From: Octopus sinensis
Taxonomy: Eukaryota
DNA: 64,000 nucleotides
Reading direction: 5' to 3'
Assembly: GCF_006345805.1 (NCBI RefSeq)
Contig: NC_042999.1
Coordinates: forward strand, 8,990,001-9,054,000
The notes under the pieces were generated by a model. It was not told the DNA's origin. It ran no database searches and worked only from the letters and a program-made list of their open reading frames with translations. A program made the translations under genes and the position numbers. Positions 35,831-48,369 of the stretch are shown one piece after another (the stretch's first letter is position 1; each line of letters starts with the position of its first letter).

Positions 35831-37184
35831 AACTCCCTCAGTTGGCCCAGTGCCAAATTTTGAAACCATTATATAAGAGGCGAGATGGTAGAATTCTCCA
35901 TCTCTACGTTGTGCGCTCAAATACGACATAGATGGAATTTGCCTTTCAAATTTCGCATCGATAAAATGATGTACCAGTAAGATATCGGGTCAGTTAACCC
36001 CGTTTCCTTAAAATTATTGGCCTTCAACCAAAATTTAAATGTAATAAATCAGTGATTTAATTATTTTTACAATGAAGCAATTAAATACACAATTAGACTA
36101 TTCGCTTATTTATTTACCCACTTATGTTTTTAGTCACCAATTACTTTTTCATTCGCTTAGTTAATTATTTTTATTTAATTACAAAATTACTATTTATCTA
36201 GTTACTGATTATTTTGTTGAACAGCTCCACATATTCTGCTTCCTTCTTTGTATTACATTTCCTACATCCAACAGATCAAATTTATCTACCTGTATTATTT
36301 CTGTTATTCAACTGCCCTCCATATTATTTTAACTTTTTTTTGTCTTGATTTATTTCTCTTCATCTCTTTCATTTATTCTTCATCTTGTTGTCTTCTGCCC
36401 AATCATCACCTTTTCATAAGTAACCATGGTGTTATTTTCCTCCTACACCGCCAATGGTTTTCCTGGACTACATAATACATCATTGATTAACAGTGTAAAG
36501 ACATTTAAGCAATGGCGTGTGAATATGGCCTCCCCTGTAGTCTATGAATTACTTGTTTTTCTTCCATACTTTAGAGTCGTCATCTGAAGTAGCACAACGA
36601 ACAGCATGTGATATCAAACAATTCAAATAATTATGCATAACGCGTTGCATACACGTCGCGAACTCGTTACTTTCATTGTACTGATTCCCCATCTATGACA
36701 CCGAAGAAGAATCAGGGTACGATAATTCACTCGCTGAAAATCAGCGATATACCACGAAAATTAGTATATTAGTATGCAGTATCAATGGCAATAAGATGAA
36801 CTACACAAAGGAATACCATATGGTGTAACCCAATTTGTAGTATCAACGTGTATATAAATATGGCAAATGTTTCCGAACTCTTGCTTCATGGTTTTAACCA
36901 CCAGTTTACAAATATGGCAAAAGTGCTCACACCTCGCCAATCTTCGAAATAGTACGATTTATTGCTACAGAAACTATTTGAAGTTCGATTTATTTGCTTA
37001 AGCCAGGTATCTTTACAACATATTCAAGTCCTCTCTGCGATAATCACAACACAACTGTAAAAAAAATAACCAATTGGCTTCTTACCAATGAATATCCGTT
37101 AAAGAAATTGATGAGTAGATTTTTAAATAGAAGCTATTGGATAGTACGAAAAATATTATATATCGTGTATATGTGTGTGTAGGT

Positions 37185-37216
<32 letters not shown>

Positions 37217-37226
37217 GAGAGGGAGA

Positions 37227-37264
<38 letters not shown>

Positions 37265-38515
37265 ATGTGTGTGAGTGTGTGTGTGTGTGTGTCGAACACG
37301 AACTGCAACAAAAACCGCAATGAACAACAGCAATATTAACATACATTTTTTTGTTGACTTGGCACACGGCTTAGTTTCGTCAGAAAAGGCCATAAGCCAA
37401 CTGAATCGACCACAGTCTTATGACAACTACTATAAAGCGGTAGAGTTCATTTAATCAAACCAATTCAATGATCGATTCAGGAATCATACATAGTGTTCAC
37501 CGGAATTATATTTAAGGCCTGTTGCATACAAGAATTCCATTCGTTCAGTAACAAAAGAAAATGTGATTCTTCGCTAAACATGTAGCATCAAATTGAATTC
37601 CTGCAATAGCCGCAGGAGCAACTGCAACTTGCGTTTAGTGCTAAAGATGAAGATGAACAGTTTGCTAAACAAATGTCATGGAAAGAATAGAAGGAACATG
37701 GAAATTTACTTGAATATAAATAAATTAAAATTACAGTCCGATGAACATATTCTCATGTCCCGGATGCATTCCAAGGAAAACCTGGTTCAGTACCTGAAAA
37801 CACTGAGCACACAACCGACAAATTCGATGCTAAAATCATGCAGAGAGGAAGTTTCTTTTTGTTTCTTTCGAACACATTTTCAGCTTTTTTGCATCGTTGG
37901 AGAGATCAGTAACATTTGAGGAGATCGGTTACGTGGAATCCTATAGCCCCTTTTCTTCTCCGCCATCTCGCTTCATCTACTGAATTACAAGCATTATAGT
38001 AAAATGGTATGTTCTCCATAAGATTCCGATCATCCGTTACTACCAACACCATCAACCCTATTCTTAGACTAAGTATAAGTTTGTAAGTGGAAGGGCGGGT
38101 AATTAATTTAAGTACCCGTACATACCAAAATGCTGTAATATAATATATATCTATCAAGGGCGGGTAAAATTCCCGAGATTCTATATATATATATATATAT
38201 ATATGAAACAAAAACGCAATAGAGGGGATTAAAACGTTCGGACAGGTAGACGACACAGGCGGACAAGAGAAACAAAAATTAGGACAAGCAAAAATAGACG
38301 GGTCATTCGTGGCTTTCATTCCTCAGTCAAGTACCAGAAGTTAGGACCATTTCGGGCAGTTACACTTGAGATGGTTCGACCTTGTTGCCCGCCAAAAAGT
38401 ATGAGCTAAGAGCATTAGACTCCTTTGTAAGAAAGCTAGCGAATGTATACGGCAAGAAAGATGAAAAGAAAAACCAACGAAGAACATGATACATACATAC
38501 ATACATACATCCACA

Positions 38516-38581
<66 letters not shown>

Positions 38582-38996
38582 GTATATATATATATACTAC
38601 TAATATAGGATGAAGTTTTTTTCTCTACAGAAAAAAATTCTATCAAAAAATGTGGCAGCATATTAAAATACCTTTACGGTTAAAATTATAAACAGCTAAT
38701 AAGTAAGAGCTAAAGAATATTATTTCAAAGCCAATATGCTGATAACAGACTATTAAATCGTCAATATCCACATATGATCTACTCGCTTTTTCCATGGGTG
38801 CATGTAAGTATCTTATTTATATTCTCTCGTAAACTCTACTGAAGAGGAATAATTCTTTGATGAGATTAATTCCGAAATTGATTCAATATAGAGATAACGA
38901 ATTTTAAAGATTCTAACGGCCAGCTTGCCCGACTTAAGTTCTTCGATTTTTGTAGTGAGTAGATTATATGTGGAAATTGACGATTTAATAGTCTGT

Positions 38997-39545
38997 TATC
39001 AGCATACTGGCTTTAGGGCTCTCACTAAACGAATTGAAGGCATGGCTGCTCTCGATTATTGGGATCGCCTTAAAGCCTTGAAACTTTACTCTCTCCAGCG
39101 TCGCCGTGAGCGGTACATCATTTGTACGATGTGGAGAATATACCGCCAACTTTGCCCAAACGACCTGAACATTAGTTTCAAGGTTCATCCAAGACTGGGA
39201 TCACGGGCCATACTTCCCCTGCCCAATTCAAGATCACAGCATACATGTACACTGCAACATAATTTCTTTTCCTCAACAGGCCCTGCCCTATTTAACATTG
39301 TCCCGAAAGAGATCAAAGAGGAAAAGGATCCCATCAACTTTAAATGGAGTCTGGATAGATTCCTTCAAAGAATACCAGATAAGCCACCCATAATTGGATA
39401 CAGTTCACCCAACAAGAACTCACTACTTGAATGGACCATAAACAAAACTTGACTTAAACAGGATTCGAATAATCCTATCTGGTGCTATTAAGTTAGACAT
39501 GGCCTGGACCAATCTTTGGTCGAAACACATCTAAGTTTATTTAAG
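38997..39545 (+). mobile_element. CR1-clade LINE 3' end (second family)
   Basis: ORF 38925-39452 contains LDYWDRLKALKLYSLQRRRERY...GPALFNIVP...LDRFLQRIPDKP...NSLLEW. The 3' UTR has a stem-loop and a TAAGTT-repeat tail. Confidence 0.85.
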
Positions 39546-39561
39546 TTTACTTATAAGTTAC

Positions 39562-39598
<37 letters not shown>

Positions 39599-39794
39599 AT
39601 ATATACATACATACATACATACATACATACATACATCATACATACATACATATATATGAGAAGTATTGGTATCCAGAAGACACAAGTAAGCAGGTAACGC
39701 TACGCAAGTGCTATGAAAGGACCGTAGTTAAACTCTCGGTTCGATAATGATACGAATGAGGAGTTTAAAGCAGGTCATGTATGTGCAGGTATAC

Positions 39795-39994
39795 GTTAAA
39801 TAAAATGAAACAACAAAGCCAAGGTTGTGTTGAATTTTCAGGACATTTATAGAGAGAAATTTTGTCTTACAGCTGTTTCTGGGATATTAGGGATATAAGA
39901 AACAGGATACAGAAACAGCCGTAAGACTAACTTTAACTTTCTCTTTGTGTCTTAAAAATTCTACACAGCCTTGGCTTTGTTGTCTCATTTTATT

Positions 39995-39998
<4 letters not shown>
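39795..39998. repeat. Imperfect inverted repeat carrying only the 3' half of a hammerhead on each arm
   Basis: Arms are about 39795-39881 and 39910-39998. Each reads GAAAC-AGC(U/C)-GUA-AGAC, and the CUGANGA half is missing. Confidence 0.6.
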
Positions 39999-40043
<45 letters not shown>

Positions 40044-40439
40044 AATATGTATGTATGTATATACATATGTCTATGTATGTATATGTATATATATGTATAT
40101 ATATGTATAAGTATGTATATGCATACACGTATATACTTCTTCCTTGATTCAGTCATTAGACACCGACCATTCTGGGACATCGTCTTGATGCATTTTTTTC
40201 GAATAGATTGAACCTAGTAATCATTTACTTTTTGCCAAGCCTGCTACTCATTCTATCCGGACCTTTTGCTGAACTGTTAGGTTATGGGGGCGTAAAGACA
40301 ACAACAACGGTTGTCAGGGATTGGTGTTTGTGGTGGTGTGTGGTGTGTGTATGTGGTCATTGATGATAAGAACAGACACAAATCACACACACATACACAT
40401 GTGTATGTGTACATAGACATATATATATATATACATGAA

Positions 40440-40866
40440 AAGACTGGCACCCAGCAGTTGACAGGACCCCTGGACTGGTGGTACGTAAAAACCACTATCC
40501 GAATCGTGGCCGATGCCAGCGCTGCCTCGACTGGCTTCCGTGCCGGTGGCACGTAAAAAGCACCGTCCGAATCGTGGCCGATGCCAGTGCCGCCTCGACT
40601 GGCTTCCGTGCCGGTGGCACGTAAAATGCACCAATCCGACCGTGGCCGTTGCCAGCCTCGCCTGGCACCTGTGCAGGTGGCACGTAAAAAGCACCCAATA
40701 CACTCATAGAGTGGTTGGCGTTAGGAAGGGCATCCAGCTGTAGAAACACTGCCAGATAAGACTGGAGCCTGGTGCAGCCTTCTGGCTTCCCAGATCCCCA
40801 GTTGAACCGTCCAACCCATGCTAGCATGGAGAACGGACTTTAAACGATGATGATGACGATGATGAT
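40440..40866 (+). mobile_element. Non-autonomous retroelement/SINE with an internal ~68-bp tandem array and a (GAT)n tail
   Basis: Units start at 40480, 40548, 40616 and 40679 (ggcacgtaaaaagcacc...). The 3' part ggttggcgttaggaagggcatcc...gtccaacccatgctagcatgga...aaacgatgatgatga resembles RTE-type tails. Confidence 0.6.
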
Positions 40867-40920
40867 GTATATATATATGCGAATGGTTTGTAATACGCTA
40901 CCGGGTTTTGCAATCCTGTA

Positions 40921-41200
40921 AATAACAATAGTAGTGGTATTTATATAAGCTTAAAGATTACGGCGATCACCATGCAATGACTAAGGAAAATAGTCTAATA
41001 AAGGGGCATATGAACCCTCGACAGAAACAAAAGTAGGCTTTTCTATCCGCATGGGACTCGAACCCACGTCCCACGCGTATAGGAAAGCCTACTTTTGTTT
41101 CTGTCGAGGGTTCATATGCCCCTTTATTAGACTATTTTCCTTAGTCATTGCACGTTGATCGCTAAAAGCTTTAAGCTTACATAAATACCACTATTATTAT
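40921..41200. mobile_element. Fold-back of a tRNA-headed short element (B-box remnant in the loop)
   Basis: Arms of about 130 bp around the loop tcgaacccac. The minus strand reads GGGTTCGAGTCCC. A non-inverted copy with a longer tRNA-like head lies at about 47550-47722. Confidence 0.7.
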
Positions 41201-41231
41201 TATTATCATTATTATTATTATTATCATTATT

Positions 41232-41268
<37 letters not shown>

Positions 41269-41335
41269 ACTTACCTGTAAAAGAATGCGTCGCGTTCAAT
41301 CATACAATAATATAAATATTATATAAACTTTAAAC

Positions 41336-41540
41336 AGAGTCTGGATAGATTCCTTCAAGGAATACCAGATAAGCCACCCATATTTGGATACAACTCACCC
41401 AACAAAAACTCACTACTTGAATGGACCATAAACAAAACTTGACTTAAACAGGATTCAAATAATCCTATCAGGTGGTGCTATTAAGTTAGACATGGCCTGG
41501 ACCAATCTTTGGTCGAAACATATCTAAGTTTATCTAAGTT
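41336..41540 (+). mobile_element. Shorter 3' fragment of the same CR1 family as 38997-39545
   Basis: Near-identical to 39347-39545 (gagtctggatagattccttcaa...ggtcgaaaca.atctaagttt). Confidence 0.85.
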
Positions 41541-42161
41541 TATATATATACACATACACACACACGTGTTTATTGTACGCCACGCTTCTATCAGTTTCCG
41601 TCAACCAAATCCACACACAAGGTCTTGGTTAGCCTGAGGCTATAGCAAAAGACACTTACCCATGATACCACGTTGTGGGACTGAAGCCGCAGCCATGTGG
41701 GTGGGAAGCAAATTCTTACCACACCGTATCGATTGCGCCTATGAGTACAAAACCACGCCCAAATATAATATATGTAATATATATTATAATATATTATAGT
41801 CCGTTATCATAATTAATTAAAATCTCTTCACAGCTTTATCTTGCCATGTAGACAAATAAAATAGAGTGTTCTAAACACCTCTGCTTCTATATCGGGCGAC
41901 TTAACCTATATTATACTAACAGTTTATATTCGTGTGTTTTGTGTGTGTGTGTGTGTGTGTTGTTGTTGTTGTTGCTGTCATTGTTGTTTGTGTGCGTATG
42001 TTTGTGTGTTCGGCTTTGAGAGAGACAGAGAGAGAGTGTTTGTGTGTGTATCTATGAGTGTGCGCGTGTGTTAATAGGCGTATTTTCGTTTATGCCGCCC
42101 GACACAAATGCTGCTGTTGGTGCAGCGTAACTGTTGGCCAAACACTGGTAAAGAGCTAAAA

Positions 42162-42722
42162 GGGCGGCGAGCTGGCAGAAACGTTAGCACGCCGGGCGAA
42201 ACGCTTAGCGGTATATCGTCTGCTATGTTCTGAGTTCAAATTCTGCCGAGATCGACTTTGCCTTTCATCCTTTCGAGGTCGATTAAATAAGTACCAGTTA
42301 CGCACTGGGGTCGATATAATCGACTTAATCCGTTTGTCTGTCTTTATTTGTCCCTTCTGTGTTTAGCCCCTTGTGGGTAGTAAAGAGATAGGTATTTCGT
42401 TGAGTTGAAATTCCGCCGAGGTCGACTTTGTCTTTCATCCTTTCGGGATCGATAAATTAAGTACCAGTTACTCACTGGGGTCGATATAATCGATTTAATC
42501 CGTTTTTCTGTCCTTATTTGTCCCCTCTGTGTTTAGTCCCTTGTGGTTAGTAAAGAAATAGGTATTTCGTTGAGTTCAAATTCCGCCGACTTCAACTTTG
42601 CTTTTCATCCTTTCGGGGTCGATAAATTAAGTACCAGTTACTCACTGGAGTCGATATAATCGACTTAATCCTTTTGCTTGTTATTGTTTGTCCCTTCTAT
42701 GTTTAACCCCCTGTGAGCAATA
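42162..42722 (+). mobile_element. SINE family A with a triplicated 3' body
   Basis: One head followed by three ~165-bp body repeats. Confidence 0.85.
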
Positions 42723-42848
42723 CAAAAATAAATATAAATGCCAAACATATAAAATAATTACTGATATGCTTCTCTACACCCTTGAAGATAATCCTCCCAG
42801 AATGACTGGTGTGACTCCGTCAAGCGATAAAATCTTGATTCAATATTG

Positions 42849-43222
42849 CAGGCGTGGCTGTGTGGTAAGAAACTTGCTTGCCAACCAAATGGTTCAAGGT
42901 TCAGTCCCACTGCATGGGATCTTGGGCAAGTATCTTCTACTATGGTCTCGGGCCAACTAAAGCCTTATCAGTAGATTTGGTAGACGGAAACTGAAAGAAG
43001 CCCGTCTTATATGTGTATGTGTGCGTGTGTGTGTATGTTTTTGTGTCTGTGTTCATCCCCCACCACTACTTGAGAACCGGTGTTGGTGTGTCTACATCAC
43101 TGTAACCTAGCGTTTCGGCAAAAGAAATCGCTAGAATAAGTACCAGGCGTATAAAATACAAGCACTGAAGTCGATACATTCGAGTAAAACTTCCTCAAGA
43201 TAGTGCCCCAGCATGGCCGCAA
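42849..43222 (+). mobile_element. Diverged SINE family B-like copy
   Basis: Head and body match. Its 3' part forms the left arm of the 43121-43413 palindrome. Confidence 0.7.
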
Positions 43223-43248
43223 AAGATATATATATATATACACGCAAA

Positions 43249-43285
<37 letters not shown>

Positions 43286-43802
43286 CTTTTGCGTGTATAT
43301 ATATATATCTTTTGCGGCCATGCTGGGGCACTATCTTGAGGAAGTTTTACTCGAATGTATCGACTTCAGTGCTTGTATTTTATACGCCTGGTACTTATTC
43401 TAGCGATTTCTTTATATATATATATATAAAAGGAAATGAAGAAAATGCTGACAAAATAATTTAAGTAATTTAAGTAATTTAATTAGGTGAAGTTCTTTTT
43501 ACCGGTTGCGCATTTGTTATGCTTATCAAAAGATATTTTTAAAGAGAGATAGAGTTCCATTGTGATAGATTTTTTCCTCTTATCTGCAGATAAGAGGAAA
43601 AAATCTATCACAAAGGAACTCTATCTCTCTTTAAAAATATCTTTTGATAAGCATAACAAATGCGCAACCGGTAAAAAGAACTTCACCTAATTAAATTACT
43701 TAAATTACTTAAATTATTTTGTCAGCATTTTCTTCATTTCCTTTTTTTATATATCACAACTCGTGTTCCACATCTCCTTTTTTAAATATATATATATATA
43801 TT

Positions 43803-43985
43803 ATTTGTTTCAGTCGTTTAAATGCGGCGATGCTGGAGCACTGCTTTTAGTGGGGCAAATCGACCCCGAGTCTTATTCTTTGTAAATTTAGTACTTATTA
43901 TATCGAACTGCCAATCGGTAAGTTACTGGGACGTAAACACACCAATATCCAGTTATCAAGCGATGGTGGGAGATAAACACAGGCA
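43803..43985 (-). mobile_element. SINE family B, 3' half, diverged
   Basis: Body match. Confidence 0.65.
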
Positions 43986-44779
43986 CACACACGTACAACG
44001 CACACACACACACACACACACACACACCACACACACACACACATATATATATATATAATGTAACCAAAAATTCCATATGCAGCTGAAGATTGCTCCACAT
44101 TTTAAAACCGATGTAATACTTGCATTGTTCAGTTAAATGAAGTCGCATGAAACGATCGTACTGCATTACCTCTGGACATCCTTGATGCTTATTTTGATTA
44201 TAATCACCTTATTTTGAATTATATCGATAATACCATGCCAAATTCTGGTGCCTATATCTTAAGTACCATATTCAACTGAATCTAAACTTTTACTGAACTT
44301 ATATGTATACATAAGGGAGGTAGGGAAACTATTTTATTAAATAAATAGGGATAATTATGTGGTGGGAATGGTAGGACGGGCGCTTAGTTGATCAATTGCC
44401 ATTACCTGCTCATCGTCGAAATCGGCGATGGATCCTTCAATAGGCGTCACGAAATTATTTATCGCAACACAAAATGCATTAATTGATCAGGACGACGACA
44501 AAGTTGATGACGAGGATGATGGGGACGACGACGGTGAGGTCGATGACGATGGTGATGATTATGGTGATGGTAATGATGATGATGTTGATGATTATATCGG
44601 TTTCGTTTTGTCTTCCTTGGCGTCAATTACAGTGACAACAATGATATTCAAGATGGTGATGATGACGGTTATGATGATGACGGCTATTGCAATAGGGATT
44701 CGTATGAGGATGATGATGGTTTACCGTGCTGCCTGCAGGGCGAACAGCAAACAGCAATGGTGGCCGCCGCGGCAGCTTT

Positions 44780-45240
44780 GCTATTAACGGTGATGGTGGT
44801 GGTGGTGGTGGTGGTGGTGGTGATGTTGGTGGTGGTGGTGGTGGTGGTGTGGTGGTGGTGGTGGTTGTGGTGGTGGTGGTGGTGGTGGTGGTGGTGGTTG
44901 TGGTGGTTGTGGTGGTGGTGGTGGTGGTGGTGGTGGTGGTTGTGGTGGTGGTGGTGGTGGTGGAGATGGTGGTGGTGGTCTTGGTGGTGATAGTCTTGGT
45001 GGTGGTGGTTGTGGTGGTGGTGGTGGAGATTGTGGTGGTGGTGGTCTTGGTGGTGATAGTCTTGGTGGTGGTGGTGGTGTTGGTAGTCTTGGTGGTGGTG
45101 GCAGAGGTGGAGATGGTAGTGGTAGTTGTGGTGATGGTGGTGGTGGTCTTGGTGGTGGTGACCTTGATAGAGGTGGAAATGGTAGTGATGGTGGTGATGG
45201 TGTTGGTGGTGGCAGCAGCTGTGATGGTGGTGGTGGTATT
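44780..45240. repeat. Degenerate (GGT)n trinucleotide tract
   Basis: Direct reading. Confidence 0.9.
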
Positions 45241-45695
45241 TAATAGGATGACAATACGATATTAATGGAGTCCCTAATGAGACTGACGATAACGATATCG
45301 ATAACAATAATGGTGATAACAAAACGGAAAAGGCGTGATGCGGTCCTTCATGTAAGATTTTCCTTCTTGTGAGCTCCAGAGTGGCACAGTGTGTCTCGAG
45401 TATGTCAACCTTCTGTTAATCAAGTGCCATTCAAGTAACACAGAACGTCACATACCGATAATGTCTTCTAGTTTTCTACATATCTACCATTTATCTACTC
45501 TCTAACCTTTCCCTTATAAAACAAATAACGCATTCAACGCCGCCATAGCAACAGGCACTCCTCTACTGCCATATTCATCCGCAGCAAATAGGACCCAGAA
45601 GACTGAATATGCTTCAATACAAACACAACATCCGTTTATTTCCTAGTATGAAAAGCAACAATACACACGGGGCTAGCTTCCGGTTGCTGCTGCTA

Positions 45696-45726
<31 letters not shown>

Positions 45727-46016
45727 CAATGTTGTTCTTGTTGCTTCGTCCCAAAACAGCGTCCGTAGAGGGCTCCGATTAGGATCATTGCACTTTTTAA
45801 GAGACATAGTCTACCTCAGACTAAATTTTCATATGTGTTGGATTTCAAAGTGGATTATAATTGAAGTGAGTTTTCCCTCTTACATTCTGGAAGTCGTCAG
45901 ACCACTCTTAGGATCCATCTTTGGTTCCATGAGATGAGAAAGCACTAAGCCATTTCGTACAGATCCTTCCATTGTTATTTACTTCTTTTTGATATACCGA
46001 TGTTTCCTTTCATGAA

Positions 46017-46165
46017 GGCGGCGAGCTTGCAGAAACGTTAGCACGCGGGGCAAAATACTTAGCGGTATTTCGTCTATCATTACATTCTGAGTTCGAATTC
46101 AACAGAGGTCGACTTTGCATTTCATCCTTTCGAGGTCGATAAATTAAGCATCACTTGCGTACTGG
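46017..46165 (+). mobile_element. SINE family A, 3'-truncated
   Basis: ggcggcgagcttgcagaaacgttagcacg head. Confidence 0.75.
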
Positions 46166-46410
46166 GTTCGATCTGCATCATATACGACTGGGATGCTGGG
46201 ATATGGTATTAGTCAACACCCACCCATCCATTCTTAAGGTCCCTATCAGAAATCGATATTTCATTATATATTTTCCTTAACTTTTATTTGTTGGGTTTAT
46301 TATGAGTATTTCAGAAGAAAATATATTTTCCAAAGAATTCATATATACACACATACACACACACTCACATACACACGCGCACAGACACATACACACACAT
46401 CCACACACAT

Positions 46411-46481
<71 letters not shown>

Positions 46482-47549
46482 ATATATGTGGTGTGTGTGC
46501 GTGAATATTTCATTTAGATGTCTCTGACAAAGCTTTAAGATGAGCACTCAGCTCTGACTGCAACGCACCTTGTAGCAGAAACAGTTGTAAGCTAATGATA
46601 TGGATTTCATAACAATTTTTGTCCTTTCTTAACTGATACTACACTCTTCACTCACCTGATGCTCTACTCTAAAGCATAAGTATATTGAATTCGAACAATT
46701 GGTTATTAGTAATGTTATTGAGCTTTTCAGTGAAGTCATAATATATACTTACACAGCGGCGCGCATGCGTGTGTGTGTGTCGAACACGAACTGCAACAAA
46801 AACCGCAATGAACAACAGCAATATTAACATACATTTTTTGTTGATTTGGCACACGGCTTAGTTTCGTCAGAAAAGGCCATAACCAAGTGAATCGACCACA
46901 GTCTTATGACAACTACTATAAAGCGGTAGAGTTCATTTGATCGACCCAATTCAGTGATCGATTAGTTTTTGTGCTCAGCTGGCACAAGGCCGAATTATAG
47001 CAGGAAAGAAAAAATAAAAAGCAGTTTAATCGATTGAAGAGACACAAGAATAATTGGCTTGCACTTATTTTATAGAGTTGAGTAGGATGAAAGCAAAAAA
47101 CTTACCTTTCACTACTCGTATAACATCTGCACTTTGAACAAAAAAAAATAGAGAATTTGGCAAGACATAATATCAGGTTGGTCATTCTACTGTATTACAT
47201 AACATTAATCAATTAACACTTAATTAAAAACAGCAAATGCCTTTCCGGAAGAGAGATTAGAGTCAGTGCGTATGATTTTGCGACAATCGCATGTTCTTGA
47301 ACAGAATTTATTTCAAGACGCAACGAAAATTTTGGGAGAATGAAAAAGTAAATGAGTGGAAAGTTTACCGGTGAGTGTGTTAATTTATAAGGCACTAAAA
47401 GAGAATGAGTCTCCCCACACAGAACAGAATATGCTTCAACACACGAACTTACATAAAGAATCTTGCAAACCGAATCCGAAATTGAGATATATATAAGTGT
47501 GTGTGTGTGAGTGAATAATTTGACAGAAAAAGGGTGGGGGATGATTCGC

Positions 47550-47722
47550 TGATATAAAGGTAACACATTTAGTCGCGTTAACAAAGGATTGTAGGTTCAA
47601 CTCCCACGTGGATAGGAAAGCCTTCTTTTTTTCTGTCGAGGACTTATATGCACCTTTATTAGACTATTTTCCTTAGCCATTGCACGATGATAGCCATAAG
47701 CTTTAAACTTATATTGTAAAAC
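47550..47722 (+). mobile_element. Diverged copy of the 40921-41200 element family
   Basis: B-box-like ggttcaactccc followed by the shared body gataggaaagcc...ctttattagactattttccttag.cattgcacg. Confidence 0.6.
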
Positions 47723-48369
47723 GTCGCCGTATAAAAAGCCATTCGCACCGACAGCATATAATATATATATATTTCAAGTAAATGTCTGACCTTTGGCAAT
47801 GAGAAGCTAAAATAATGAGAACATGACTTCACAAGACCATTCCTGACACTCATAACCATGGCTGACACACAATATTAAACGTAAATACACTCATAAACGA
47901 TACATTTATATTTATACGCATGTCGTACAATCCAAAACACTTAAGCACATCCATTCACAAAGTTACTTTTTTCATGTAACTTTCGGTCTTTGAGGGATTG
48001 CATTCATTCCGTTTTCAACAGAAAACATCTGTTCATATATGTGTATTATCGTGGACATTTAGAAAAATACGCAGATTTAATTTATGATTGGCTCACAAAA
48101 CGGAACGCTTTTGCAGATGGCTTGATATAGAAAATTTAAATGAATGATATTTTACGGGAGCCATCATTCCATTACATCTTCAGGTTTCCATTTTGATCCG
48201 GAGAATGATATCGCATCTTCATCCATTAAATTAAATATGTGTAACTGTTACCAAGAATGGAATGGTGTTGGTGTCTAAAAGTCTTCTGGATTATTGGAAG
48301 TATTTTATTTTTGCTTGTTCTTTTTTATTTATTTAACTCTATTTTTTTTTAAGAGAGTAAAAATACGTG

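Noticed and set aside
39490-39535. Hammerhead in the CR1 3' UTR (stem + GAAAC)
   Set aside because: There is no CUGANGA. It is better explained as the LINE 3' recognition stem-loop.
41100-41130. CUGUCGA + GGG/CCC stem as a hammerhead
   Set aside because: GAAA is absent in all three copies of this family.
44684-45322. 212-aa His-rich ORF and the overlapping poly-Val/poly-Trp ORFs
   Set aside because: These are translations of a degenerate (GGT)n tract, with no domain or splice support.
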